Shown here: piece by piece, positions 28,406 to 41,829 of the stretch
How the letters are laid out: every line of letters begins with the position of its first letter
Numbering within the stretch: the first letter of the stretch is position 1
NCBI GenBank assembly: GCA_964016885.1
Contig: OZ024751.1
Coordinates: forward strand, 20,956,001-21,020,000
DNA: 64,000 nt
Direction: 5' to 3'
From: Eledone cirrhosa
Lineage: Eukaryota
Made by a program: the position numbers and the translations under genes
The notes under the pieces: generated by a model
Seen by the model: the letters and a program-made list of their open reading frames with translations, nothing else
What the model was told of the DNA's origin: nothing
Databases searched by the model: none

Positions 28406-29591
28406 AGCAGAGGCTCTTGTGCTGATCCCTACATAACCTGAGCCACAAGTCCGATTTTAATGTTTCCCTATGGTAGATGTGGTGGTGGTGGTGGTGGTGG
28501 TGGTAGTGACGATGGTGGTGGTGGTGGTGGTGATGATGATGGTGGTGGTGGTGGTTTGTGGTGATGGTGGTGGCGGCGGCAGTGGTGGTGGTGGTGATGG
28601 TGGTAGTGGCGATGGTGGTGGTGGTGGTGATGGTGGTAGTGGTGGTGGTTTGTGGTGAGGGTGGCGGCGGCGGTAGTGGTGGTAGTGGTGATGGTGGTAG
28701 TGGTTTTTTTGTGGTGAGGGTGGTGGCGGCGCTAGTGGTGGGGTGGTGATGGTGGTAGTGGTGGTGTTTTGTGGTGAGGGTGGCGGTGGCGGTAGTGGTG
28801 GTAGTGGTGATGGTGGTAGTGGTTTTTTGTGGTGAGGGTGGTGGCGGCGCTAGTGGTGGGGTGGTGATGGTGGTAGTGACGATGGTGGTGGTGGTGGTGG
28901 TGGTGGTTTGTGGTGATGGTGGTGGCGGCGGCAGTGGTGGTGGTGGTGATGGTGGTAGTGGCGATGGTGGTGGTGGTGATGGTGATGGTGATGGTGGTAG
29001 TGGTGGTGGTTTGTGGTGAGGGTGGCGGTGGCGGTAGTGGTGGTAGTGGCGATGGTGGTAGTGGTGGTGGTTTGTGGTGAGGGTGGCGGCGGCGGTAGTG
29101 GTGGTAGTGGCGATGGTGGTAGTGGTGGTGGTTTGTGGTGAGGGTGGCGGCGGCGGTAGTGGTGGTAGTGGTGATGGTGGTAGTGACGATGGTGGTGGTG
29201 GTGGTGGTGGTGGTTTGTGGTGATGGTGGTGGCGGCGGTAGTGGTGGTGGTGGTGATGGTGTTGGTGGTAGTGGTGGTGGTGGTGGTGGTTTGTGGTGAT
29301 GGTGTTGTTGTTGATAGTTCTGGTGTTGTTGATGGTGTTGGCTGTGGAGGTGGTGATGTTGATGATGTTGATGATGTTGTGTTGGTGGTAGTGTTTGTGG
29401 TGGCGATGGTAATAGTAGTGTCATAATGGTGGTACAGTGGTGGTGATAGTGGTAGTAGTGGTACCAGTGGTGGTGGTAGTAGTGGTATCAGTAGTGGTAC
29501 CAATATAGTAATAGTAGTAGTCGTACCAGTACCAGTAGTTGTAGTAGTAGTGGAGGTAGTAGTAGTGTTACCAGTAGTGTTACCAGTGTTG

Positions 29592-29641
<50 letters not shown>

Positions 29642-29717
29642 TTAGTAGTAGTAGAAACCAGTGGTGGTGGTAGTAGTAGTGGTACCAGTAGTGTTATCAG
29701 TAGTGTTACCAGTGTTG

Positions 29718-29760
<43 letters not shown>

Positions 29761-29823
29761 AAACCAGTGGTGGTGGTAGTAGTAGTGGTACCAGTAGTGT
29801 TATCAGTAGTGTTACCAGTGTTG

Positions 29824-29859
<36 letters not shown>

Positions 29860-29919
29860 CCAGTGGTGGTGGTAGTAGTAGTGGTACCAGTAGTGTTATC
29901 AGTAGTGTTACCAGTGTTG

Positions 29920-29952
<33 letters not shown>

Positions 29953-30012
29953 CCAGTGGTGGTGGTAGTAGTAGAGGTACCAGTAGTGTTACCAGTGGTG
30001 TTACCAGTGTTG

Positions 30013-30077
<65 letters not shown>

Positions 30078-30140
30078 TGTAGTAATAGTAGTAGTAGTAG
30101 TAGTGGTTGTAGTAATAGTAGTAGTAGTAGTAGTAGTGGT
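26475..30140. repeat. Cryptic CAC/CAA, GGT and AGT triplet-derived minisatellites plus CA/TA tracts
   Basis: Direct inspection. Confidence 0.85.
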
Positions 30141-31003
30141 TGTAGTTTTACTACCCTGCCACCAACCAGTGTTGTTTTTATAAGGCAAAGTAACCAATAT
30201 TTGGAGGCTTACATGTCAACATAGCAGGTCTTTTGGTCCAGCTTTAATCAGTGATGTGACCTTCAGATTGGAGGAGGAGGGGGGAGGAGAGGGGTGGGTA
30301 GAGGAGGGAGGTAGTGGAAGGTGGTGAAGGAGGTAGTAGCGGGCTGAAGTGGTGGTGGGGGAGCCGGGGGGGGGGGGGTAGTGGTGGTGAAGGAGGTAGC
30401 GGTGGGATGAACGGGGGTAGTGGTAAGAGGAGTTGGGAAGGTAGTGGAGGAGGAGGAGGTAGTGGAAATAGGAGGGGGTAGTGGTGGTGGTGGAGGAGGA
30501 GGAGGAGGAGGAGACGGAGGAGGAAAAAAGATGGAGGACAAAAGTGTAAGATGAAGTTAGATGGTGGGAGTAAAAGTAAAAAGAAGAAAAAAATAAATAA
30601 ATAGAGAGAGAAGAGTGGAAAAGTGTGATAGAGACAGAGAGAGAGGTGAGAGTGAGGATGAGAGAAGTAGAGAGAGGGGGAGAGAGAGTGGGAATGAAAC
30701 AGAGAGAGAGAGAGGGAGAGAGAAGGGAAGAGAGAGTGGGAATGAAACAGAGAGAGGGAGAGAGTGTGAGAGAGAGAGAGTGGGAGAGAGAGGATGAGAG
30801 AGAGTGGGAGAGAAACAGAGAGAGGGAGAGAGTGTGGGAGAGAGAGATAGGTATAGAGAGAGGTAGAGAGAGGTAGAGAGAGGATGAGAGAGTGTGGGAG
30901 AGAGAGAGAGTGAGAGAGAGGTAGAGAGAGGATGAGAGAGTGTGGGAGAGAGAGAGAGAGAGTGTGAGAGACAGAGTGGGAATGAAACGGAGAAGGAATT
31001 TGT

Positions 31004-31172
31004 GTGTGGTGAAAGAGAAGTGAGATTCAGGGAAAATTGAATAAGAGCAACAGGAGGAAAGAATTAGTGAGAGAAATAGAAAGAAAGAAGAACAAAGAGA
31101 GAGAGAGAGGAGAGAGAGAGGAGAGAGGGAGAGACGGACAGAGAGAATTAGACAATACGATTACCCAACCCT

Positions 31173-31218
<46 letters not shown>

Positions 31219-31543
31219 AAAATGTTTAACCCCGACGGCAGCGTTCAAGCCGTTTCGGCGGCTATTTCTGGACTCAAACGGCTTGAGCTCTGCCGTCGGG
31301 ATTAAACATTTTCCTATTACCCACTCTACTACCCTAAGTATTGAGTACTTTGGTGCGTTATGGTCCATCAAGGAACAAGATGGACCATAACGCACCAAAG
31401 TACTCAATACTTAGGGTAGTAGAGTGGGTAATAGGAACAAGTATGACCCCGACGGCAGAGCTCAAGCCGTTTCGACGTCTATTTGAGTCCAGAAATAACC
31501 GCCGAAACGGCTTGAACGCTGCCGTCGGCGTTAAAAATTTTCC

Positions 31544-31583
<40 letters not shown>

Positions 31584-31635
31584 AGGGTTGGGAAAGCGTA
31601 TTGTCTAATTCTCTCTGTCCGTCTCTCCCTCTCTC

Positions 31636-31680
<45 letters not shown>

Positions 31681-31772
31681 TTGTTCTTCTTTCTTTCTAT
31701 TTCTCTCACTAATTCTTTCCTCCTGTTGCTCTTATTCAATTTTCCCTGAATCTCACTTCTCTTTCACCACAC
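31004..31772. repeat. ~370-bp-arm inverted duplication with nested hairpins
   Basis: Loop AAGGAACAA 31370-31378; arms include GA-rich flank, (TA)n and the 21763-family element; arms differ at several sites. Confidence 0.9.
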
Positions 31773-31837
31773 CACACACACATTCCCTCGAATTAGCCGT
31801 CGAAACGGCTTGAGCTCTGCCGTCGGGGGCATACTTG

Positions 31838-31879
<42 letters not shown>

Positions 31880-32193
31880 CATGTGTCTGTGTGTCTGTGT
31901 GTATGAACAGATCGAGAGAGAATAAGAGTGTGAGAGTCAGTGCGAGATTACAGGATTACAGAGAGATAAATGGAAGAGAGAGAGAGATGGGGAGAGAGAT
32001 GGGGAGAGAGAGAGTTTTTATGACTCCAACAATAACCAAAAAATTAAATAAATAAATAAAATAAAAATGGCGAAATTGTAAGCGAAATGTCAAAAGGTTT
32101 ATGTAATGTAACTTATATAACTTTTATAATAAAATATGTGTTGGCGTATATAACTAACACAATTTAACTTGAACAAAAACATTATTTCACATG

Positions 32194-32817
32194 TGGATTG
32201 GCAGTATCGGTAGAGGCTCGGACGCCATGCTTTGACGCATAGAGTTACGGCCCTTGCCATTCTGAGTTCAAATCCCGCCGAGGTTAACTTTGCCTTTTAT
32301 CCTTACGGGGCCGATAAAATAAAGTACCAGTAATACACTGGGTAATTATTTCACATATATTACATGTTAACATAAGGAAAAAAAATGAAATATAAACTAG
32401 AACACCAATGGTTTCTAATTCAAGCATAAGGCCAGCAATTTGGCTTGAAAGGAAATGTTGGTTAAAATCCACATCAGTACTTAATTAGTATTTTATTTTA
32501 TTGACCCCCTCGAAGGATGAAAGTCAATGTTACCTCAGCAGGATTTGAATTCAGAACGTAAAGTGTCGGAACGAAATAGCTCCAAGCACTAGTTTGACGT
32601 TCTAAAGTTTCAGCTATTCCATCGTCATTAATAATTGTTTCTACTTTTGGCACAAGGCCAGCAATTACTCAGTTCATTACTGGTACTTTATTTTATCGAC
32701 CCCGTAGGGATGCAAGGCAAATTTAACCTCGGCGGGATTTGAACTCAGAATGGCAAGGGCCGTAACTCTATTCGTCAAAGCATGGCGTCCGACCCTCTAC
32801 CGATACTGCCAATCCAC
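32194..32817. mobile_element. SINE family A copies: + at 32194-32345, - at 32405-32625 and 32630-32817
   Basis: A/B boxes and conserved body. Confidence 0.85.
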
Positions 32818-32905
32818 TTTTAGACACACTGGACTAATGAAACAATTGTTAATACTGTAAATGAACCCTATTGTACAGCCGACCATGTTATTCTTCATTC
32901 TTTTG

Positions 32906-33557
<652 letters not shown>

Positions 33558-33611
33558 AAAATCAGTATAAAATCACTACCGTAAACTCTTGGTAGATTTA
33601 TCTACATAATG

Positions 33612-33682
<71 letters not shown>

Positions 33683-34928
33683 CAATGAAAAAAGAAGGGC
33701 GGTTTCCAATACATTTCTTTCATATTTCACAACTACATGATACGTATTTTAATGGTTGGCTTATGTCATCAGACCATCACGCAAGACAATCCGTGACGTT
33801 AGATAAATTCATGGTCTGCATTAGAGAAACTCTGTAGTTTATATGATTACTGAAACGGAGAAGTAATTAAAAATCAAAATGCTATTTTAATGATCTATTT
33901 CTGGGATATAATTTCATAAATGTTCAAGATGTATATATAAATAACATACAGGGTTAAATGTATGAGTAACCTTGGATAAATAAGTATTGTCAGGGACAAT
34001 ATAGGGCTGGAACCAAGGACCTTGGAATTGGAAAACGAACTTTTTATTGTATTCACCTGACTCAGAGACATAAGAAAGGCATTGTATGTATATGCGTGTG
34101 TTTGTGCGTGTTTGTGTGCCAGTAAGTGTGTGTGTCAGGGTTCATATGTGTCAGTGAATGTTACTGTGTATATATGTGTGGATTGGAAAACGAACTTCCT
34201 ATTGTAGTAACCTGACTGAGATACATAGGCATTGTGCGTAAGTATGTTTAAATTTTAAAATACTAGTAACGCACTAGGGTTGATTTAATCGACATTTCCT
34301 TCACCAAAATTTGTTGGCCTTATGCCTAAATCACAAACCATTATTTAACCTGCGTCGCCATGCACTAATCAATGACTAAGTTAACATCAGATTTCTGTGT
34401 ATCCAGATGTTCCGTATAAAAGATTATTTTATTATTTTCTAAAGCATCTAACAGGTGTAACAAAATACTAACTAAATCACAAGCATTATTCTCTTTCTTT
34501 CTCCTCCGCCATATGTTTGTATAAACCAACGGTGAGCTAACTGCAAGTGCATAAGAACTTGTGTGGGCGCATATGCACCGAGAAAAATAATGGAATTATA
34601 ATTCTACAAATTCATAGATATTCTTTTAATTTCTTATTTTTATTTTTAATTCTTTTATTGGTCTCAGTCCTGGATTTGGTGGATCATATCGACCGCAGCA
34701 CTTTTTCTTTTTATTAATACTTTCTAGTCTAGTATTTAAGGACGCAGGCGGCGAATCAGTGAAGTGTTTAGACTGCCGTCGAGTAGAATGCTTTGTGGTA
34801 TTCTTTGCACAGTCTGTGTTCAAATCCCACCGAGAGGTCAACTTTAACTTTCATTCTTTCGCGGTCAAATAAAAAGAAAGTATCAGGCCAGTACTTCCTC
34901 TACATCTCTTTCTCAATTCGTTTTTATT

Positions 34929-35074
<146 letters not shown>

Positions 35075-37241
35075 AAAAAAGGAAGAAGAAGAAAACAACT
35101 CTGTTCAGTCTTGGAGAGAAGAAGGGCTCAACCAGGTTTTAAATGCCCAAGATATGCTGTATGCCACAACGGCGCCATTACAACTCGATCAGGAGGTAAC
35201 AGCTTTATACATACATTTTTGAAGAAGAAGAAAGATGATGATGATGTTGATAATGATGATGAATGATGATGATGAGAAGTAGGAGGAGGAGGCGTCGTTT
35301 TGCCATAGTCTCTGACCTTATCGATCGATGACTCTTCCGTTCTTCTTGTTTCCTCTCTTCGTCCACATATGCGCCATCTTTTTTGTTTGTTTCTTCTTTG
35401 AAAACCTTCTGATATTTCGAGACATTTAATCAGCTAAGACCTTGACACAAAAACACTTTTATTGCAAGAAACCTACCTTATCTGGCAGGCAGAGTAGCAG
35501 GAACCGTTGGTTTGTTCTGGCAGGCAAGAAGATATGGCTGTAACCATCAAAATATCCTCACATCTGCCGTTTTAAAGTCTATTAGCTAAACATCATATGC
35601 TAAACGCCACATCACGTTAGCATCTCGGGTTTAACATGAGGAAACGATTGTTATCTAAAACTACATAGATTTTGTTTGTGCTTATTGCGTGTTATACATA
35701 CATACACACACACATACACACGGACACACAGACACACACGCACACAAACATACACACATACACAAACACACACACACACACACATGAAATACATAACTTT
35801 CTTTACTCTTCCCTTTCCTACCTCAATCTCTTTATATACACGCATACACACATGCACACACATACGCGCGCACACACACGCACACAAAAGCACACAGACA
35901 TATATATACGCACACACACAAACATATATATGTAGACACACACATATATATACACTTGTGTATAAGTCGCAAGGTAGTAATTTTACAGGCAATATTTCTG
36001 GCTCAATACACGTACATGTTATCAATGTGTAAAGGTGTGGTAGATTCGGTAGATAAGTAGCATGCTGCTTTCTACGAAGTATTTTCATAGATAAAATGAT
36101 GTGTCGTATATAGACGAATAATAGACAGTCTATATTTGTAGTTAGTATTGTTGCATAAGGCGCTGAATTAGAACATTAGATAGAATGCTTTGCAGTATTC
36201 GTTTCAACTCTCTATTCTTTATATTCAAATCCCACTAAGGTCAACTTTGCCTTCCATCCATTTAAGATCAATAAAAAGGTACCAGTCTAGCACTGGAGTT
36301 GATTTTCCCTCTATATTTCTTTCTTTCATCCTTTCTCACATTCTCTATCCTTCTCTGTAAGAAATTCGCTGTGTTCAGACGTGGGGAGGACAGGAAAGGG
36401 TCTCTGTCAAGTTAAAAATATGCCCTAGAAAAGCCGTATGACAATATAGCTCCCTTACAATTCCTGCAGGAGTTACGGATCTATACATACATTCTTGCTT
36501 AACAACGTTTCTGCTTAACAAGGTTCCCTTGTCTGAGAGTCGATATTGAGCTCTGCTATCAATTCTTCAACGTTTGGTTTCTTCATTGCACTTTTCTGTC
36601 TAAAAAGTCTAAAGTCTGTCACGAGCTCGGAGGATCATCGGGCCACTGTTTAACCCGGTTTTGTGGCGTGAAGTGACTGAGTGTACAATATCGCCCGACT
36701 CTCCTCTGGATAGGCCGCCAGTTAATCGCATGGTTAAACCCCCAGCTATTACTGGTACTCATTTTCAGCTGAGTATACTGGAGCAATGGGAAATGATGTG
36801 ATTTGCTCAAGAACATAGCACACAACGCAATCCAAATATCTAACCCATGACATTATGATTGTAAGTCTAACACCCTTACCACTAGGCCACGCGCCTCTAC
36901 TGTTGAAGCTAAAACAGTTATGTAGTAACTGTTTTAGCTTTTATAAGAGATTTTTTAGCCATTTTAATAAATTGAAATATATACACAAAAAAGTTTAAAA
37001 TTTACTGTATATATTTATCATTCATGTTTGTTGTGGTGTCAAAATTTTTGTTGTACTGCGACAGCGATAAAAATTTTGACACCACAAAATTAATGATTAT
37101 AGTAAAGTTAGTTGTTTTTTCTGTTTTTTTATTTTTTTTTTAGTGATGAAAATAACACTTCTTATGTCGTAATTGGTTCATCTATCTATCTATCTGTCTG
37201 TCTATCTATCTATTTTCTCTCTATCTATCTATCTCCCTATG

Positions 37242-37290
<49 letters not shown>

Positions 37291-37293
<3 letters not shown>

Positions 37294-40200
37294 AATATAG
37301 ACATAGAATATTCGAAAATATTCTGTATGTTTATAATAAACATTTTGAAGACCTAATCGCTATAGAATAGAATACGTCACGTATTACAATTAGATTTTCG
37401 ATAAAAGCAAGGGAAGTAATCTACGCGTTTCATTCTTGTTAGAAATCTTCAGGACTACATATCCAGTGCTTTTATTAGGTCTTCAAAATGTTTATTATAA
37501 ACATACAGAATATTTTCGAATATTCTATGTCTATATTCACATATATATCACTATTTCAGAGCATTTATTCCAATTTCTAATTTCTGCCGGACCGGCAACC
37601 GCTCTTTCAAACCAGTTCCTGTACACAGCTAAGTATTCTATAAGTCTCTAGCTGTGTCATTCTCGATAAAAGCACTGGATATGTAGTCCTGAAGATTTCT
37701 AACAAGAATGAAACGCGTAGATTACTTCCCTTGCTTTTATCGAGAATCTAATTGTAATACGTGACGTATTCTATTCTATAGCGATTAGGTCTTCAAAATG
37801 CTTATTATAAACATACAGAATATTTTCGAATATTCTATGTCTATATTCACATATATATCGCTATTTCAGAGCATTTATTCCAATTTCTAATTTCTGCCGG
37901 ACCGGCAACCGCTCTTTCAAACCAGTTCCTGTACACAGCTAAGTATTCTATAAGTCTCTAGCTGTGTCATTCTCGATAAAAGCACTGGATATGTAGTCCT
38001 GAAGATTTCTAACAAGAATGAAACGCGTAGATTACTTCCCTTGCTTTTATCGAGAATCTAATTGTAATACGTGACGTATTCTATTCTATAGCGATTAGGT
38101 CTTCAAAATGCTTATTATAAACATACAGAATATTTTCGAATATTCTATGTCTATATTCACATATATATCGCTATTTCAGAGCATTTATTCCAATTTCTAA
38201 TTTCTGCCGGACCGGCAACCGCTCTTTCAAACCAGTTCCTGTACACAGCTAAGTATTCTATAAGTCTCTAGCTGTGTCATTCTCGATAAAAGCACTGGAT
38301 ATGTAGTCCTGAAGATTTCTAACAAGAATGAAACGCGTAGATTACTTCCCTTGCTTTTATCGAGAATCTAATTGTAATACGTGACGTATTCTATTCTATA
38401 GCGATTAGGTCTTCAAAATGTTTATTATAAACATACAGAATATTTTCGAATATTCTATGTCTATATTCACATATATATCGCTATTTCAGAGCATTTATTC
38501 CAATTATATATATATATATATATTGGAATAAATGCTCTGAAATAGCGATATATATGTGAATATAGACATAGAATATTCGAAAATATTCTGTATGTTTATA
38601 ATAAACATTTTGAAGACCTAATCGCTATAGAATAGAATACGTCACGTATTACAATTAGATTCTCGATAAAAGCAAGGGAAGTAAGTCTACGCGTTTCATT
38701 CTTGTTAGAATTCATCAGGACTACATATCCAGTGCTTTTATCGAGAATGACACAGCTAGAGACTTATAGAATACTTAGCTGTGTACAGGAACTGGTTTGA
38801 AAGAGCGGTTGCCGGTCCGGCAGAAATTAGAAATTGGAATAAATGCTCTGAAATAGCGATATATATGTGAATATAGACATAGAATATTCGAAAATATTCT
38901 GTATGTTTATAATAAACATTTTGAAGACCTAATCGCTATAGAATAGAATACGTCACGTATTACAATTAGATTCTCGATAAAAGCAAGGGAAGTAAGTCTA
39001 CGCGTTTCATTCTTGTTAGAATTCATCAGGACTACATATCCAGTGCTTTTATCGAGAATGACACAGCTAGAGACTTATAGAATACTTAGCTGTGTACAGG
39101 AACTGGTTTGAAAGAGCGGTTGCCGGTCCGGCAGAAATTAGAAATTGGAATAAATGCTCTGAAATAGCGATATATATGTGAATATAGACATAGAATATTC
39201 GAAAATATTCTGTATGTTTATAATAAACATTTTGAAGACCTAATCGCTATAGAATAGAATACGTCACGTATTACAATTAGATTCTCGATAAAAGCAAGGG
39301 AAGTAAGTCTACGCGTTTCATTCTTGTTAGAATTCATCAGGACTACATATCCAGTGCTTTTATCGAGAATGACACAGCTAGAGACTTATAGAATACTTAG
39401 CTGTGTACAGGAACTGGTTTGAAAGAGCGGTTGCCGGTCCGGCAGAAATTAGAAATTGGAATAAATGCTCTGAAATAGCGATATATATGTGAATATAGAC
39501 ATAGAATATTCGAAAATATTCTGTATGTTTATAATAAACATTTTGAAGACCTAATCGCTATAGAATAGAATACGTCACGTATTACAATTAGATTCTCGAT
39601 AAAAGCAAGGGAAGTAAGTCTACGCGTTTCATTCTTGTTAGAATTCATCAGGACTACATATCCAGTGCTTTTATCGAGAATGACACAGCTAGAGACTTAT
39701 AGAATACTTAGCTGTGTACAGGAACTGGTTTGAAAGAGCGGTTGCCGGTCCGGCAGAAATTTCTGCCGGACCGGCAACCGCTCTTTCAAACCAGTTCCTG
39801 TACACAGCTAAGTATTCTATAAGTCTCTAGCTGTGTCATTCTCGATAAAAGCACTGGATATGTAGTCCTGATGAATTCTAACAAGAATGAAACGCGTAGA
39901 CTTACTTCCCTTGCTTTTATCGAGAATCTAATTGTAATACGTGACGTATTCTATTCTATAGCGATTAGGTCTTCAAAATGTTTATTATAAACATACAGAA
40001 TATTTTCGAATATTCTATGTCTATATTCACATATATATCGCTATTTCAGAGCATTTATTCCAATTTCTAATTTCTGCCGGACCGGCAACCGCTCTTTCAA
40101 ACCAGTTCCTGTACACAGCTAAGTATTCTATAAGTCTCTAGCTGTGTCATTCTCGATAAAAGCACTGGATATGTAGTCCTGATGAATTCTAACAAGAATG

Positions 40201-40963
40201 AAACGCGTAGACTTACTTCCCTTGCTTTTATCGAGAATCTAATTGTAATACGTGACGTATTCTATTCTATAGCGATTAGGTCTTCAAAATGTTTATTATA
40301 AACATACAGAATATTTTCGAATATTCTATGTCTATATTCACATATATATCGCTATTTCAGAGCATTTATTCCAATTTCTAATTTCTGCCGGACCGGCAAC
40401 CGCTCTTTCAAACCAGTTCCTGTACACAGCTAAGTATTCTATAAGTCTCTAGCTGTGTCATTCTCGATAAAAGCACTGGATATGTAGTCCTGATGAATTC
40501 TAACAAGAATGAAACGCGTAGACTTACTTCCCTTGCTTTTATCGAGAATCTAATTGTAATACGTGACGTATTCTATTCTATAGCGATTAGGTCTTCAAAA
40601 TGTTTATTATAAACATACAGAATATTTTCGAATATTCTATGTCTATATTCACATATATATCGCTATTTCAGAGCATTTATTCCAATTTCTAATTTCTGCC
40701 GGACCGGCAACCGCTCTTTCAAACCAGTTCCTGTACACAGCTAAGTATTCTATAAGTCTCTAGCTGTGTCATTCTCGATAAAAGCACTGGATATGTAGTC
40801 CTGATGAATTCTAACAAGAATGAAACGCGTAGACTTACTTCCCTTGCTTTTATCGAGAATCTAATTGTAATACGTGACGTATTCTATTCTATAGCGATTA
40901 GGTCTTCAAAATGTTTATTATAAACATACAGAATATTTTCGAATATTCTATGTCTATATTCAC
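37291..40963. mobile_element. Retrozyme-like / tandem pLTR array: 310-311-bp monomers, each with a type I hammerhead, in four alternating-orientation blocks
   Basis: HHR cores on + at 37689, 37999, 38309 (period 310) and 39868, 40179, 40490, 40801 (period 311); on - at 37452, 38718, 39029, 39340, 39651; bounded by (TA)n. Confidence 0.85.
39862..39905 (+). ncRNA. Minimal type I HHR of the array (representative copy)
   Basis: GTAGTC-CTGATGA-ATTCT-AACA-AGAAT-GAAA-CGCG-TA-GACTTAC. Confidence 0.85.
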
Positions 40964-41000
<37 letters not shown>

Positions 41001-41109
41001 ATTAGTATATTTACCAACATATGCGTACAGATGTACACTAATGCTAGCAAATACATAAGTTATGTCATAGTACCTAGGTGGTTCTATGCAGGGGGATGCA
41101 GAACAATTA

Positions 41110-41214
41110 TATGAAAGACGTAAAATAAGAAAATTTTTAAAAATTAAAAATTAAAAATCAACTTTTAGTAAGTAAGTTGATTTTTAATTTTTAAAAATGT
41201 TCTTATTTTACGTC

Positions 41215-41268
<54 letters not shown>

Positions 41269-41402
41269 TTAGAAATTATAAGCTTTCACCGTATTTTAGA
41301 CTGTGAAAATACGGTGAAAGCTTATAATTTCTAATTTCTAATTTTCAAACTCGCGCACCGTTTCAAAAACATACTTACATGTTTACATTTATAATTTGCT
41401 TG
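41110..41402. repeat. Two short AT-rich palindromes flanking a (TA)n tract
   Basis: 41110-41222 and 41262-41342 are each self-complementary; the second shares AATTTCTAATTTCT with the array monomer. Confidence 0.75.
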
Positions 41403-41554
41403 TATATATATATATATATAAGAAGAAGAGAAGAATATATATATATATATATATATAAACGTTTAGAGTTAGAAGGCCAAAACAATGCAGGTATGGATAT
41501 AGAATATAAATACAAATGGAAAAGGTATTTCTGACAATTAGTCTTTTACCTTAA

Positions 41555-41702
<148 letters not shown>

Positions 41703-41829
41703 TCTTCTCTTCTCTTCTTCGCCCACTTATTCCTGAGAAGATTATGGGGGAAGAATCCTCAAAAACTTCTTCCTGCGGGTCCTGTGAGAAGTAACCGCTT
41801 TCAACTGATCTGGCTGCAATATATTGCAT

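Noticed and set aside
33690-33780. CTGATGA on the minus strand; also GAAA-palindrome halves at ~3760-3780 and ~13965-14000
   Set aside because: Could not assemble stems I-III convincingly
37291-40963. CRISPR-like or plain satellite interpretation
   Set aside because: No unique spacers or cas genes; units are wholly repeated and contain a ribozyme motif
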